Origin: Octopus sinensis
Taxonomy: Eukaryota
Assembly: GCF_006345805.1 (NCBI RefSeq)
Contig: NC_042997.1
Location: 6,944,001 to 7,008,000, forward strand
Direction of reading: 5' to 3'
Length of the DNA stretch: 64,000 bases
Below, in pieces: positions 1-14,050 of the stretch; positions within the stretch are counted from its first letter, which is position 1, and each line of letters starts with the position of its first letter. Both the position numbers and the translations under genes were made by a program. The notes under the pieces were generated by a model. The model had not been told where the DNA came from. It ran no database searches and saw nothing but the letters and a program-made list of their open reading frames with translations.

Positions 1-149
1 TAACTCTCTCTCTCTAAGTATGTGTGTGTGTGTGTGTATTTGTGTGGGTGTCCCCCCGTCCGCACGTTTACGGACATTTATTTGCCTGAATCTGTGTATA
101 CAAGCAACATATTTCTTGTTAACCTGGTTACTATTGTGACCAATTAAAG

Positions 150-450
150 ATCACCAAATTTATGTATAATTAAATGTGGGAAGTGTTCGGGAAAGAAATT
201 CTGGGTAAAGATCTAGAATGAATTTTCTTCTATACTCTCATCCTAACACAGAACTAGAAAAAAGCACTATTGCCCGAAAGAACGGCTTTAAAAGACGATA
301 TATACGAACGCACCTATAACACTTTCGGCAAAGAATGGACAGACGTAGGAGGTGATTAAAATTAAGTGAAATTAAAGTTGAAGAGTTCTAATTTTAATAC
401 AATTAAAATTGTCAGGAAAGAGAGAATGTAGTTGAGGAAATATTTTTAAA
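150..450. repeat. Unclassified dispersed repeat, homologous to 9825-10110
   Basis: Shared blocks in the same order: taaatgtg-gaagt, aagaacg-cttta, accttcggcaaagaa, gattaaaat-ag-tgaaatta, aattaaaattgtcagga-agaga. Confidence 0.6.
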
Positions 451-785
451 ATAAGAAGTATTATTATTATCATTATTATTTTTTTTGGGGGGATTACTCT
501 TTGTAATACAGTAGTTAATGCTACAGGCAAGCGTATTAGTATAGATAAAGGCCTCGGTTACTTCCACGAGGAAGCAATATATGGAATCCACGCACTATAC
601 TTCAATATATCATTTTGCCGAGCCGCTAATTTACGGTGACAAAAGCACTCCAATATCGGTAGTTACGCAGTGGCGTGAGACAATATCAGACGCAACATAA
701 ACACACACACACACAACAAAACATACATATACACACACATATGCACCCACATTCACACGCTCACATATATAAGATTCCTATTAAT

Positions 786-918
786 TTCACTCATAATGCT
801 TTAGTCGGCCTGAGGCAAGAGTAAAGGATACCTTCCTCAGGTGCCAAGTAGTAGGACTCAACCAAGAACCTGGTGGTTGAGAAGCAACTCCTTGCCACAT
901 CACCATGCCTCCCTCTAT
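786..918 (-). mobile_element. tRNA-derived SINE head fragment, degenerate
   Basis: Reverse complement resembles the head of the full SINE at 58961 (gtggtaag-gcttgctt-ccaaccac-ggtt...cacct-gg-aag...cctcaggccgac). Confidence 0.6.
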
Positions 919-1660
919 ACGGATTTCAAATACATTCTATTACGCAAAAGGATACACGTAGCCAGGGGCATTCACTCAAAAATTTATGATAATTTGACGG
1001 ATACCTATGTTGCCGCTGCTAATAAATTCATCATGTCATTTGTTTCTGGTTTTCATTATAATTCATAGTCAGTTGTGATAATTTATTATGGGTAGCAGTT
1101 TTTGAACTGTTTTTATATTTGTACTACGCTGAAGAACGTCCAACTATGAACTAATAGGGATAATTATAAGACAGATTTTATTCACAACTATATTACTGAT
1201 TAAATCTACTTATTACTAACATAGGCTACTTTCTGAAGTAAAACTCGTCCCACATGCAATGTGCTCTCACAGTGTGCTAGAGGGCGCTGTGTGTCTCACC
1301 TTGAGAACCGCTAATATTAAATTTCCTTGAGAAAAGAGAGAACAGAAAATGAGCGGTTTTATATGACAAGTATTTCCATCTTATTGACTTAGCGAAACTA
1401 ATTCCACAGTACTGGTAAATATACCAAGTGAAATCGGTTAAAGTACATGCACATATACACACTAATAAACAAACATATATAGATATATCTATACATGTAT
1501 ATCTCTCTTTCTTTCTATACTCATGTATATTGTTATAACCATACATGTGTGTGTGGGTTTGTTCATATATATATATATACTAAGTATATTATGCACACAC
1601 AAGCACACACACACACACACACACATAAACACACACACATACACACACATATACACACAC

Positions 1661-1691
<31 letters not shown>

Positions 1692-2619
1692 TAAGAAGTC
1701 AGAAAATTGCGTTCAGTTATATACATGTGGAAATGTCTGTGTCTGCGTGGGTGAATGCTTACCTGTATAACCATGTATATGTGTGCAAATAAAGAGAGAG
1801 AAAAAAGAATAGAAGAGAGATAAGAGAAATGGTGACGGTAAGGGAGATGCCCAATTTGTATGATTCTTTTTTTTTCTATTAAATATGAATTATGCAATAA
1901 AACGTTAAAAAGTGCATGCACTATCTTTATATTTCCTATCGATTTTGTGAACGAGAAGTTTTATATCCAATTATCTCTTGCGTTTTTCCTACATTCAGAA
2001 TTTGATATTTCTGGATCACGAAAACTTAATTGCATCTACTATATACAAATCCTGTTACATTATTTCTGCTATGCACGATATATATAGGTTAAAGAAACAT
2101 TGACGCTTTACATCTAAGTTAATCGTAAAACAGACATTTTTCTTTGGAAAGTAAACTGGAATCATTTACATTCGATTTTATGGAATTTTTATTGTTTTTC
2201 TGAATAGCTGAATAAAGTTATAATATTTCTGATGTCGCTTTGTATTGTATTGACTGAATATATTTATATTCTTCATTTCTGTTCTAAAACGATATTTTCC
2301 TTGCACACATACTCACTACGTTGTTTCCCTGAAGAATGCTGACTGGTATTCATCCATGAATTACCTCTTCATTATAAACTTTTATTTTAACGAAGGAGAT
2401 AAAATATTCTTACTGGCAGAATTGAAACATGCCAGCAAAACATGGGGCGCAGGTTATTTTTTTCTTTTTCTTTCGTTTTTTTTTTTAAGTGCTAGTGCTG
2501 ACTATGAAGAACTATGAAGAACTATGTATATGACTTTTACTCTCTGTTTGTGGTAAGATAAATTATATTACTGAGCTATATGTCTTGAGATGGAGACATA
2601 ATCGTACCTATGAGCATTA

Positions 2620-2760
2620 TTTACATTAATTACAATATTACTCCTCATCTTGTTTGTTGTTAACACAAAGTTTCGGCTGATATATCCTCCACCATTCATC
2701 AGGTGACTTGGGCAAATTTCGAACCTGGGATGTCATTCCTAAGGTATTTTGCGATGTTGT
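2620..2760 (-). mobile_element. PLE terminal repeat (pLTR) with degenerate hammerhead core; same family as 18085-18215
   Basis: Minus strand reads gtcac-CTGATGA-a-tggtggaggatatatcagcc-GAAA-ctttgtgttaacaacaaacaagatgagga and lies 3' of the PLE ORF fragment. Confidence 0.7.
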
Positions 2761-2869
2761 TGTTGTTGATATTATAATTATTATTATTATTATTATTAAG
2801 GACACTGCCTGGAATCAAACGCGTTATTAGCCCGCGCTCTTAACTACTCCGACATATGCCCGCGGGCAA

Positions 2870-3765
2870 TTACGGAGTGAATTTTAGGGCTTCTAAATCT
2901 AATGTTCTCGAATCCTTCCTTAATACTCTTTCCCATATTCTGTTCATATCTGCACTCGGTCTGCTTAGGAGGTTGTCGTGTCTTAGCATATGTGTTGCTT
3001 CTTTCAATTTCCGTGTTTTTCAATGGTGTTCTCTGTCTATTATTTTAACTTCATCCCCAGGAAGGGTCTCCATTTTCCCATCCATGAGAAGCTATACCCG
3101 AGTTATCAATATTTCCCCGTGTCATAGATTTGCGAAGTTACTCTGTTTTGAGGGGGCGGCATCCTTCGCCTTTGTGTAACTTACCACAGCCGCATGGGAT
3201 GGGGTAGACCCAGATCTTGGTCATATTCTCTTCTATTTGTGGCTTTGCACGAAGGAGATATTTGCGAAGTGTTGTATTAATTTTGAATACTCTCCTGATG
3301 TCACATGGATGCATATCTTTTGCTTATTTTCGGAGAGGCCTTTCACACAGTGTAGACAGACTGTGGACAGCTTATCGGTTTTCTCCTCTCTTTTTTTCAT
3401 AACTGGAGTGGAGAGTATGCTTTTGGGGTAGTTTTGCTAACTAGATTGTTACTGAGATTGATCATTTCAATGTGGTTGTTTTCACAATCGCTACGAATAT
3501 TCATTGCCCGATGTTCTAGGCACTGAACAATCTCTCTCTTGACACTGTATGAATGGTTGGAGTTGAGGTATCGTCCAGTAAAGGTCAGTTTGCAGTATAC
3601 GGATGTCCCGAATCTGTACTGGGTGCGTGTGATTAATACGTCCAGGAAGGCTAGCAGATTGTATTTTTCTTTTTCCATTGTGAACTGTATGAATGGCTTT
3701 ATAGAGTACACATGATCTAACGACACTTGAATATCTTCCTGGTCCTGTTAGATCATTGACGATAT
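2870..3765 (-). pseudogene. Penelope-like element (Poseidon/Penelope type): RT thumb and GIY-YIG endonuclease, decayed
   Basis: IQFTMEKEKYNLLAFLDVLITR..TSVYCKLTFTGRYLN (PLE RT C-terminus; ORF 3397-3726) and VYPIPCGCGKLHKGEGCRPLK (GIY-YIG) read from the minus strand near 3130-3220; stops and frameshifts present. Confidence 0.9.
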
Positions 3766-3945
3766 AATCACTAACATGTTTATATCAGTGGCTAGCTTAT
3801 AAAAATGACTATAGCAGTAAAATTTATTTTTAAGTATATAATTATAAACATGCATATATATATATTGGTATTTATAGGAATACACTTATCGGCATGTAAA
3901 TGAAATTTTCGCACACATATCTATCTGTGTATGTCTACTACTGAT

Positions 3946-3993
<48 letters not shown>

Positions 3994-4018
3994 ATATATA
4001 TATATATATACATATATA

Positions 4019-4056
<38 letters not shown>

Positions 4057-6113
4057 TATGCATATATACATATGTATATGTACAAACAGTTCAGAGGACT
4101 AATGTATGTATATATAATATATATATACACTCATACACACACACATATATATATACATATACACATGCACAAATATATATAAGAATCAAGTACTTGTAGG
4201 TACAGTATAATATTCCTTTTAAAGTGTGTATAAGAAGAGAAATAATAAGAGTAAAATAGAAGTAAGCAATAGAGTTTGAGAAGAGTACAACTTCGTAGAA
4301 CTGAAAAGGTATATGACAGGATAAATAACTGATTCTTACGTATAATGTATATGTGTATATGCATATATGTGTGCGTGTGTGTGTGTGTGTTGTGTGTATG
4401 TGTGTGTGTTTATATATACATACAATAGCTCTCTGAACTTTTTAGACCCTCATTTAAACTCTCTGAAAAAAGCCTACAGACACACCCAATATACATAATT
4501 TTATCTACCGATCACTACAGATCACTGAATAGATTGGAATAACATATGGTGTATTGTGACCTCTTGGCAGAAATGACTGTAAGAAACTGTTCTTTTTCTT
4601 TTTCTATTCTAGGAATTACTGGTACTTATGTATGTGATACAGTTTTAACATATGTATATATATTCTCATAATCGTTTAAATAAAAAATAGACATCATATA
4701 ATGTCTACATACAAGTAAATATCAGGAGAAAGACCAGATCTCTTATCACCGACAATTTTATCTGAATTTTACAGCAATTTTTTCTTAATGCAGCATATTG
4801 AAAATCACATGGTGGAAGACTTACAACCTTGTAGCAGTAGTTGACAAACGCCCAGTAATCTAAATATATATTGTGCTTTATTCTCAAATTCTACAGCCTC
4901 AAAAAATGAACCATATATTAATGTAGTGGAGACTGACAACGAAAAAAAAATGTCGAATTTCTAAAGAAAGGAGATGACCAAATTCAGAGATATCAATAAG
5001 CCTATCGTAATAAACCTGCTATTTACATGAATTTCAATTTAAAATAACACGAGAGAAACTTGTTGAAAGTTTCAAGTGGCTTTTTTTTTTTTTTTTTTTT
5101 GTATTTCATTTTTATTTATTTTTACCAAGAAACCCAGGCAAGGACCTCCCCATTACGGAAATCCAACATAATTAATACTTTGTCGTTGGATGTTACAATT
5201 GGTAAATTATCATGCTGCATATTGTCGAACGTTCATTTTATTAAATGGCTGCTTCACAGTCTACCCTCAATAAACTGATAACAGCTTTAATCATTCTGAC
5301 TTCATTTTGTGTAATACATAGGATCATAAAGGAAACCGTGTGTATGAGAAACAATCTTCATTTTCACATTGAACATAAAGAAAGTGGCTCACTCATTCCT
5401 ATATTGAACAATATATAGCCAGGTCTAGTAATTCAACTAAGATCTGGAAATTATTCTCTGAGTACGTGGTAATAATTACAGAGCAACGAAAGAGTTAATA
5501 TAGTCTATTGATGAAATTTATTGTATTAAAAAATATATTTTTGCATACTTCAATTCATTTCATAATATTAGGATGCAGTTATTCCGTGTGTGAAGAGAGA
5601 ATTACGAATTGCGTCTTATTTCTATGTTTCTGGTACACACAACGATGGATACAACAAACAAGATAAATAGATCATAGACTATAATTCAGTAGAAATTTCT
5701 GACGGAAGTGCTTAGACTTTGTAATTTAATTACATAGCGTTGCATAAACATATGTATCCATCAGCGGATAATTATTGCTGCTTTATAAACGGTGTTTGTG
5801 GTGAAAAGAAGCGTAAAACTTAGGTTTTCATTGAAGCAGTGTTTCAAGATCTATTTGACTGATACGACACACGCGCACGCACGAACATACACGCCCACAC
5901 ACGGACACACTCACAAACACACACACTCACACATACATACAAGTACAGGCACGCACATATATATTCATACCAATGCACTCGAGCACGCACTAAGCCACCA
6001 CAAGCACACACATAATTAGACATATGTACATATACACACACACATATATATGATGTATATATATAATACATATGATATATTTTTTTATATTTATATAGAC
6101 ATATATATATATG

Positions 6114-6178
<65 letters not shown>

Positions 6179-6624
6179 GTGTCCTTCCTCCTATCGTTTT
6201 ATTCTGACCGCTACCTAACAAATCTTCTCTCCTTTCGTTCCCTCTTTCTTCATTCCATTGTTGCCTCCCTCCCTTTTCCTCTTTCTAATCACATACATCT
6301 CTCCTCTCTCTATCTATCCATTAACACTACCAACACATTTTAATTCACACACAAAAAAAAACTGTCGATTGATCAACACTGTTTACAAGGCTCTCTGCTT
6401 GGAATGAACAAATATAACTACCGTTGGAACTCACACACCAGGTACAAGAAAATGTTTTCATCCCTTCCTCAAATTTTCCACCACTTATACATACCATTCT
6501 ACATTAAAAATGGAATTGGAAATACAATATCCTTGTGTATCTAAATTCTATATTCATTCTCCTACTTCCCTCTGCATTTCATATCTTCCCTACAATAATT
6601 AATACTAGAAAGTTTTCTCGCAAC

Positions 6625-6672
6625 GTCTCTGATGAAGCGATATATAAATTATTTCGGAAACAGTTGTAAGAC
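6625..6672 (+). ncRNA. Type I hammerhead-like motif from a PLE pLTR family, partly degenerate
   Basis: gtct-CTGATGA-ag-[cgatata taaat tatttcg]-GAAA-cagttg-TA-agac: helix I 4 bp, helix II 6 of 7 pairs, near-palindromic helix III, GUA site. Confidence 0.55.
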
Positions 6673-6748
6673 ATATTCTTGATAAATGCTATAAATCTAT
6701 TACTGCCTTGGATTTTTATCTCATTCTGTCAATATATATATGTGAGTT

Positions 6749-7001
<253 letters not shown>

Positions 7002-7021
7002 TGTGTATGGGTGTGTGGTGT

Positions 7022-7181
7022 GAGGTGCAGGAGTGGCTGCGTGGTATGTGGCTTGCTTCCCAACCACATGGTTCACTCCAATTGCGTAGCATTTGTGCAA
7101 GTGTTTTCTTCTATCGCCCCGACCGACCGAAGTCTTGTGAGTACATTTCGTAGGCAGAAACTGAAAGAACCCTGTCGTATA
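7022..7181 (+). mobile_element. tRNA-derived SINE, 5' portion
   Basis: aggtgcaggagtggctgcgtggtatgtggcttgcttcccaaccacatggtt...gaaactgaaagaaccctgtcgtata matches the head of 58961. Confidence 0.8.
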
Positions 7182-7482
7182 CGTTATACATATTGAGGCT
7201 CGTGTAATTGCATAGTAGCTAAAGTACTATTGACACATAGAACTTACACGAAACTTAGAGTAGAGAATCTACATGTATATCAATAGACAGGCCAAGCCTC
7301 AATAGAAGACATGAATGGAACAGTAACAACTACCCCCAATCAACATCACATGCCTAAATACAGTAGGTACGTGAAGAGAGAGGGAAGGAAAAAAGACAAA
7401 AAATCCGTAAATAATACACAGACACATAGAGAATAATATACACACAATAGGCATATATGCTCTTACTTATGATACTCACGAG

Positions 7483-7522
<40 letters not shown>

Positions 7523-7526
7523 TAAT

Positions 7527-7561
<35 letters not shown>

Positions 7562-7689
7562 CAAAAATAAATAAGTAAACAAATAAATATATAAGTAGAT
7601 AAATTAACAAATATATAAATATCTGCCTTGCACCTGTGATGAAGTAAAGGCAGATGAATAAAATATATAAATAAAACTATATTAAGGAC

Positions 7690-8220
7690 ATGGATAAATA
7701 CGAAGCAAACTACGCCACCACCCCCAACACATGAAAGGACATGGACGGCCGTAGGATGTCAACAAAACAGCTAACAGAGTCAGCAGTGGTGAGGTTGCCG
7801 ACGATAGCAATAACTACGAAAAGTACCACGATGTCAACCCCGTAGCCGAACACACATACACAGAGGAATGCAGAAACTGTAGCTTTTTTTTGTCAGGTCT
7901 TAGGTCAGAAGTAATACAATATGATGACAGGTTGGAGCTGAGAGGAAGGCCACGCCGCTGCTAAAACGCTGCTAAAACGTATGAACACACACACACACAT
8001 ACTTACGCGCGCACACGCACACATAAACAAGGACACAATTATCTGAGCACCTAAGGATACAAATCTTAGAATAACAGAATAGAGTAAGTGGAGCAGGAAC
8101 ACACACGGAATGAAACGTGCCGCTGAAGAGGTCACAGATGTATGGCGAAAGGTTTCCGGACACCGGACAGGCGTTAAGATAAAGAAACAAAATTAGAGTA
8201 ATAAACAAGTGAATAAAAAA
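7690..8220 (+). mobile_element. PLE-type dispersed repeat; inverted copy at 16560-17100
   Basis: Homologous blocks, e.g. ctgaagaggtcacagatgt-tggcgaaag; partial hammerhead core CTGAAGA-helix II-GAAA at 8123-8150. Confidence 0.65.
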
Positions 8221-8276
8221 TAGTGAGTGTGTGTTATTTGCAATGTAAATTTATATATATACATATATATATATAT

Positions 8277-8312
<36 letters not shown>

Positions 8313-8318
8313 CCATAT

Positions 8319-8352
<34 letters not shown>

Positions 8353-8399
8353 ATACATATATATATATAAATAAAACTTATGCATATATATAAACATAT

Positions 8400-9000
8400 A
8401 TGTACGTACCTACCTCTACATGTATATATACACGCATATATGAGTACAGGACACCCGAAAAACGTCGAACACAATGAGAAACGAAAACATAGACACAAAC
8501 CCAAGGAACTGGACATTGTTTTAAACAACAAAAAATAGGTTACAGGACAATTAACACAAAGAAAAAAAACCCTTCTTCAGTCGCCATGGTTTCATCTACT
8601 CTACGTTTCGAAGGTGAAGGCGAGACGTATCTTCGATAAGAAACTTTCCTTCCTGCGAAAAGCAAATCAATTAAAATTTGAGATCTTTTCGCAGAGGGGT
8701 AAAAATGGTTACAAAACCAGGATAGTAACGACAGTACAAAATATAATCAGTAAAATACAGGACAATGAAAAACAAGATAAGAAGGGCTGTTAATGCCGAA
8801 CGAAAAAAAGTATTACGAACATTGATTTCTGTGAACGACGAACGGAACAAAGAGAATTGCCGTCCACACCTCGAGAAGGTTAAGCTAGCAAAGACAGTAG
8901 CGGAAGTCTCGTCGCGGATCAACGACGGGAGGGTGAGGAGGGGCAAAAGAAAGGGAGAGAAGAAGGGGAATGGTTGTGAGGAAACCATGAAGAATGAGAG
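8400..9000 (+). mobile_element. PLE-associated dispersed repeat family F1 (copies at 51230-51710 on -, 59570-59750 on +)
   Basis: tacctacctctacatg...tacaggacacc-aaaaacgtcgaac...cccttcttca shared with 59575-59750; ctacgtttcgaagg pLTR-like signature; bounded by (TA)n. Confidence 0.7.
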
Positions 9001-9039
<39 letters not shown>

Positions 9040-9042
<3 letters not shown>

Positions 9043-9150
9043 CGGGAAGCTTTATGAAAATAAACAAAAGAGGAAGGCAGGTGGAAAACAAACGAACAAT
9101 TGTATTAGTATGGCGCTCAGGAAATATAAATAAAACAAGTCTTTAACGTA
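9040..9150 (-). mobile_element. Fragment of hammerhead-bearing repeat family F2 (copy at 59950-60110)
   Basis: Near-identical to 59958-60068 (gaagctttatgaaaat...ggcgctcaggaaatataaataaaac-agtctttaacgt); truncated by (TA)n inside the ribozyme motif. Confidence 0.8.
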
Positions 9151-9824
9151 TATATATATATATATATATATACATTGGGAGAGAGATAAGTGGTTTCGTG
9201 CTCATCTGTTAGGTATTGTCATCCACGAACGAGAAACTACTCTAAGTTATAAAGAAATTTTTCATAAATTCATTTACATGTTCACAGTATATATTTCAGC
9301 ACGGAATACATAAGCGATAAGAATCGCTAGACAAAAAAAAGAGTCAGAAATATATTGTTAATGGAATGCATTTATATATATCATGCTACAGATGAAGAAA
9401 GCAGAGTGTGCAGCAGAAGTAAGGAGAGTGCGAGAGAGAGGGAGAGAGAGACAGAGACAGAGAGACAGACAATCAGACAGATGGACAGAGAGAGATAGAG
9501 ACAGAGACAAACAGAATAACAGACAAGAAGAGAGAGAGAGAAAGAGAGGGGAGAGATGAGAGACAGACAGTCATAGAGATAAATAGAAGGAATGAATAGA
9601 AGGAATGAAGAAGCACAAACAAGTGAGAAATAAAGCTTTTGAGGGCGGAAAATTTTAGGAGGAATTTCCTGGGAGGAATACGGGAAATACGGGATAGAGA
9701 ATGGAAACAATGTTTGGTTGGAATGCTCTGTTGCACAGACCTGAAGGGCATAAGACAACGGAAAATAAATAATGAAAGAAGATTGAGATTTTGAGATCCA
9801 GTTAAGAAGAAAATGATGGGCAAT

Positions 9825-10110
9825 TAAATGTGAGAAGTATTTCGGTCTCTACAGCAGGTGTAAAATTTTGACTACAGAATCTCAAACTGCCACAGTAATA
9901 GAAGAACGATAGTATTGAATCCACTGCTGGCAAGAACGTCTTTATAACGTGATGTGTACGTGTGTGCTGATGACACCTTCGGCAAAGAAGATGCGATAGA
10001 CGCAGGAAGGGATTAAAATAAGGTGAAATTAGATTTGAGGGGTTCTAGCTATAATAGAATTAAAATTGTCAGGAGAGAGAAAACACGATTAAGGAAATTA
10101 TTAAAGAAAA
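9825..10110. repeat. Unclassified dispersed repeat, homologous to 150-450
   Basis: Same conserved blocks as 150-450, same orientation. Confidence 0.6.
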
Positions 10111-10757
10111 ATATATGCAAATGATAAATGAAATTACAACTCTTTGGGTATTTCTTTCATATACTATATTTTAATCTGATCTTTCTTTAATTACGCACCA
10201 TGCAGATCAGCTTCTTCTCTACCGATACTATTACTACTGGTGAAGGAAGAAAATTAAAACATGGATGAATTAACAATATTACTGAAAATATTTCTTCTAT
10301 TTCTCTATACCTGTTTTTAATCCTCCTATGATAGCAGCAACAATTCATCGTCCGTATTTTTTTAAGATCATAATAAACAGTTATTTGATAGACAGTCATC
10401 GCCAGTGAGACTGTTACCTTCTCCCTATTATTACCGTTCAAAGCAACACGTAAAAATTAGACCCATCCAACATAAAATATATTCCGCTACTATCCTCATT
10501 CCCATATTCACTCTTTTGCTTTTGTCCCTTCATCAACCTTATAAATAAGCCCTCCCTTCCCCATATTTCAAATTTCTCACTTAATTTGTTGTTTTTTTTT
10601 TTGCTTTCTATGTTTTTCGTTTTTTTATCACAAGATTCAGTTATTTTTCATACTTGATTAATCAAATAAATTTTTTATCGATTTCTTCACATATTCCTAT
10701 TCATTATGTCTCTATGTTCTTCATTCTGTTTCCTCCTCATCTTTGTCTTTCCTAATA

Positions 10758-10825
10758 TATGCATGCATACATTCATACATGCATACATTCATACATGCAT
10801 ACATACATACATACATACATACAAG

Positions 10826-10857
<32 letters not shown>

Positions 10858-10915
10858 CATACATACATATATAAATATATACATGCATACATATATGAAT
10901 GCTTGCATACATATA
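10758..10915. repeat. (CATA)n tetranucleotide microsatellite
   Basis: Directly visible. Confidence 0.95.
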
Positions 10916-12849
10916 TAAGCGAACTTTACGTATGTATGTGGCATAGCTCGACATCTAAATTCACTGCAGGTATCGGGGAGTAAAAATTCTCTCTTACAGT
11001 AAAAGATGTCAAAACATCATATCTGTGCAGCGCTAAACCCCCTAAGATTCCCAGACGAGTTTGTAGTTCATTAGTCTTTATCAATGGGAAATTCCGAAGA
11101 GTGACAACACTGGACAGAGGTTATTAAATCCGTTTCTTGACTAAATGACAGTCAACATATATATGTACATTACACACACACACAAAACACACACACACAC
11201 ACACACATACTCGCATGTATAATACTTTACCTATAGATTAATAAGGCAACTAATGGTTTCATTTAGAGAATTTTTCCCATAATTCTTCAAGTGACCTCCG
11301 CAGGATTGTTGGTATTCGTCTCCAGTTTGGATGAGAATCCTCATGCAGTTCCATTTATTAGTTGTGAATATCTTATCTATACCAAGATACTGATTTGTTA
11401 ATCCACAACTAATGATATCTATCCATCGCTGTGCACTCAATTCTCATTGTGCCAAACCAGTGTGTATATTTATATCTATCTACCAACCCCTGTCATTCAT
11501 CACGCCCACACATATATTCATCGTACGTATATGTATATGCATATGCATACACACAAGCACACATGCTTAAACACAATGTGTCTAACCTGTTTATAACTTT
11601 GGTATATTACATATGTATTATATCCTGAGTGTATCATCTTATACCGGAAAATTCTTTGTAAGCTTATCTCAGATGTTCTTTCTAATTGGACACAAGTAGT
11701 ATAACATTTTAGAGGAAAATTTCCGAAATGTATTTACAATAATATATGAATATAATTTCTAGCAGCGAGTGAGGAAATTGCATTAAAAACTTCCTCTCAT
11801 ATACGAATCTCATATTCAAGTATGTGAAATTTTACTCTGGCCTATTCAACGCTAAATATCACAGCAAAGAATATTTTGTTCAAGGATTTGTGAGAACGGT
11901 AAACTAACTAGTCTGGGCGTGATTTAAAAGAACGAATCTTTCATAGGTCTTCTCTAATTTCATGATATGAAATTATGTCGAAATTTTCTATTAAATCTTC
12001 TACTCAACTTTAATGCCTTTCATATATCTAATTACGTCCCAGGTGTTCACTATGTACTGGCATCATACGCGTATATACGAGTTTCTGTCAATCTTGCATG
12101 TTTAATTTGTAGCTAAATTTTTGCGACTATAAATGGGAATTTCATTCGTTATTATTTCTTCTAACTCAAGCTAAAGCATTCACCTAAACATCGCAGTTTC
12201 CTTTACCGCTCATTCAGTTGGTTATTCTTACTATCAAAACCATTACATACTTTTAGTAAATATAAAAACATATTCACAAATAAACATCCTATCTTTCATA
12301 CTATGGTGTCAAATTATATTTGTTACTGTCTTAGTTCAGTGAATGATGCACTTCTAAGAGTCTTCTATTTTCTATTATCTTTTATGCTGCTAATACTAAA
12401 GTTTCCGAGCACTAGGTACTCCAGGCCAAAGGTACACCAATTCGAAACCGGAACGCAGTAACCTGAATACAGCTTCCACCAATTTCAAAAACAATTGGTG
12501 AAAAAATTTCAACTAATGTTGGAGGCAAGATACGCCCCCAAAACAACAAATGTCACAATTAAATGAGAAAAAAACTATTCACTCAACTGTAGGCAGATCA
12601 GAGTCCATAATCCAGTGAGGACTTCTTGTTTGTTAAAAAATAATTACAGCAAACAACAAAATGGACCCCACCCCACCCCACAAAAATCTCTTACCTTACA
12701 TTTGAGCTTCTTTTACAGTCAATATTTCACCAGCTGCATACCAGCATGGGGAGTTCTACGGTGTAAGAACAACACTAGCACAACCGGAAACTGATATTAC
12801 AATGATAGAAGTAAATGTGGTCGAGACAATCACACAAATGAGCGGAATG

Positions 12850-14050
12850 ATGAACAAAATATGATATTGATGAGAGAGGCAAATGATGCTCGCCGATAGA
12901 TGCCCCTCGAGAGCACTGTTCGTTTTCTTTTCTTAGAAAAAACACAAATGAGATAATGAACCTCTTACTGTAACATAAATTAAGGCACTGAGCCTCTTAT
13001 CAATCAAAGAGTTTCAAATCAATTGAGACGCCAAGACCTCTCACTCCACCTCCCCGATCAAATCTCTCACTGCCTGCAGACAATCTCACAGTAGCAAGTC
13101 GGGGACACAGAAAAGATTAATAAACTCCTCCTTAGAAAAGGAATCCATTACCTTATAAAAGTAACTTTCTTTCATGACCCCCGCAACCACCTGCGGAGGC
13201 CAATGTGGACTATCAATGCAGGTCGGGACTGCCAGTTCCCCATCTTCAAAACTTCTTACAAAGTTCTCTACACCCCCTCCCTTGAGAAAGAAGACCTCAG
13301 ATTCCTCCCTATTTTCACTGGGAGGGGCCACAGTTTCCTCCGTCGGTGGTACAATACTCAACGACAATATTTCCGAACATGCCGGCAGTGCATTGCAAAC
13401 CGCCGGCACTGTCCCATCCTTTTTTCTTCTATATTGTCTTTGGTACGGCAGGGGTTTGTTCCTTTGCATTAACCGGAAGAGCATCGATTCCTCCCGCAAA
13501 TTTATGATCCTTCGATGAGCAACCATTGTTGCTCCCCTTCTTTTTCTCCCCTTTTTTCCAATAGAAGTCTCTCCCTCCTCGCCTACATCCATCACTCCTT
13601 CCGTAGGAGGAGGGGGACTCTTCCACAACCAACTGCTCCAGCACCCTACTCTGTTCCTGGGGACAGTTCTTTTTGATGTGGCCCAGCACCATGCCCAGGT
13701 GACACTTGGAGGGGTCGTACCTCAAGAATCACCGGGTAACTGCACCCAGCCATTTAAAAAGAAAATCTGGAAACAAGATTCATGGCTGATTGGTTCCTCA
13801 GGGTCAAAACAGCTTTTGACCGAACCCAATCAGCCGCATTGAGGAGCTTGGCTCCGCTGCCACTCATACCCCGGTGGATAGTCTTCTCTGTCCATTTGGG
13901 TTCTATCCCTTCTGGCAACCCGCAGACCCAAGCACTTGTCAGATTCTTCCCATAATACTAGGAAGAAACAAAATTTATTTGCCCTCCAATGGCTGGCTCG
14001 TAAATTTGCAGGCTTCCTCAGGGCTATCAAAGCCATCTATTGACTGGTAA
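12850..14050 (-). pseudogene. L1/Tx1-like LINE 5' part: ORF1 with degenerate CCHC knuckle, possibly start of APE
   Basis: CHLGMVLGHIKKNCPQ fits C-X2-[C>G]-X4-H-X4-C, preceded by YPVILEVRP; basic/acidic ORF1-like tail KKGRKRR; possible VRGL APE start near 13030. Confidence 0.55.

Noticed and set aside
1277-1287. CTAGAGGGCGC, a CTCF-core-like motif
   Set aside because: The 5' part of the consensus mismatches; it is a single short hit, probably inside a repeat.
8123-8150. CUGAAGA-helix II-GAAA in the 7690/16560 repeat family
   Set aside because: Helices I and III could not be closed convincingly in either copy; partial motif only.
11231-11440. ORF containing QSCGGHL, resembling a CUB-domain start
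   Set aside because: No other CUB features follow, and the frame stops right at the putative donor.
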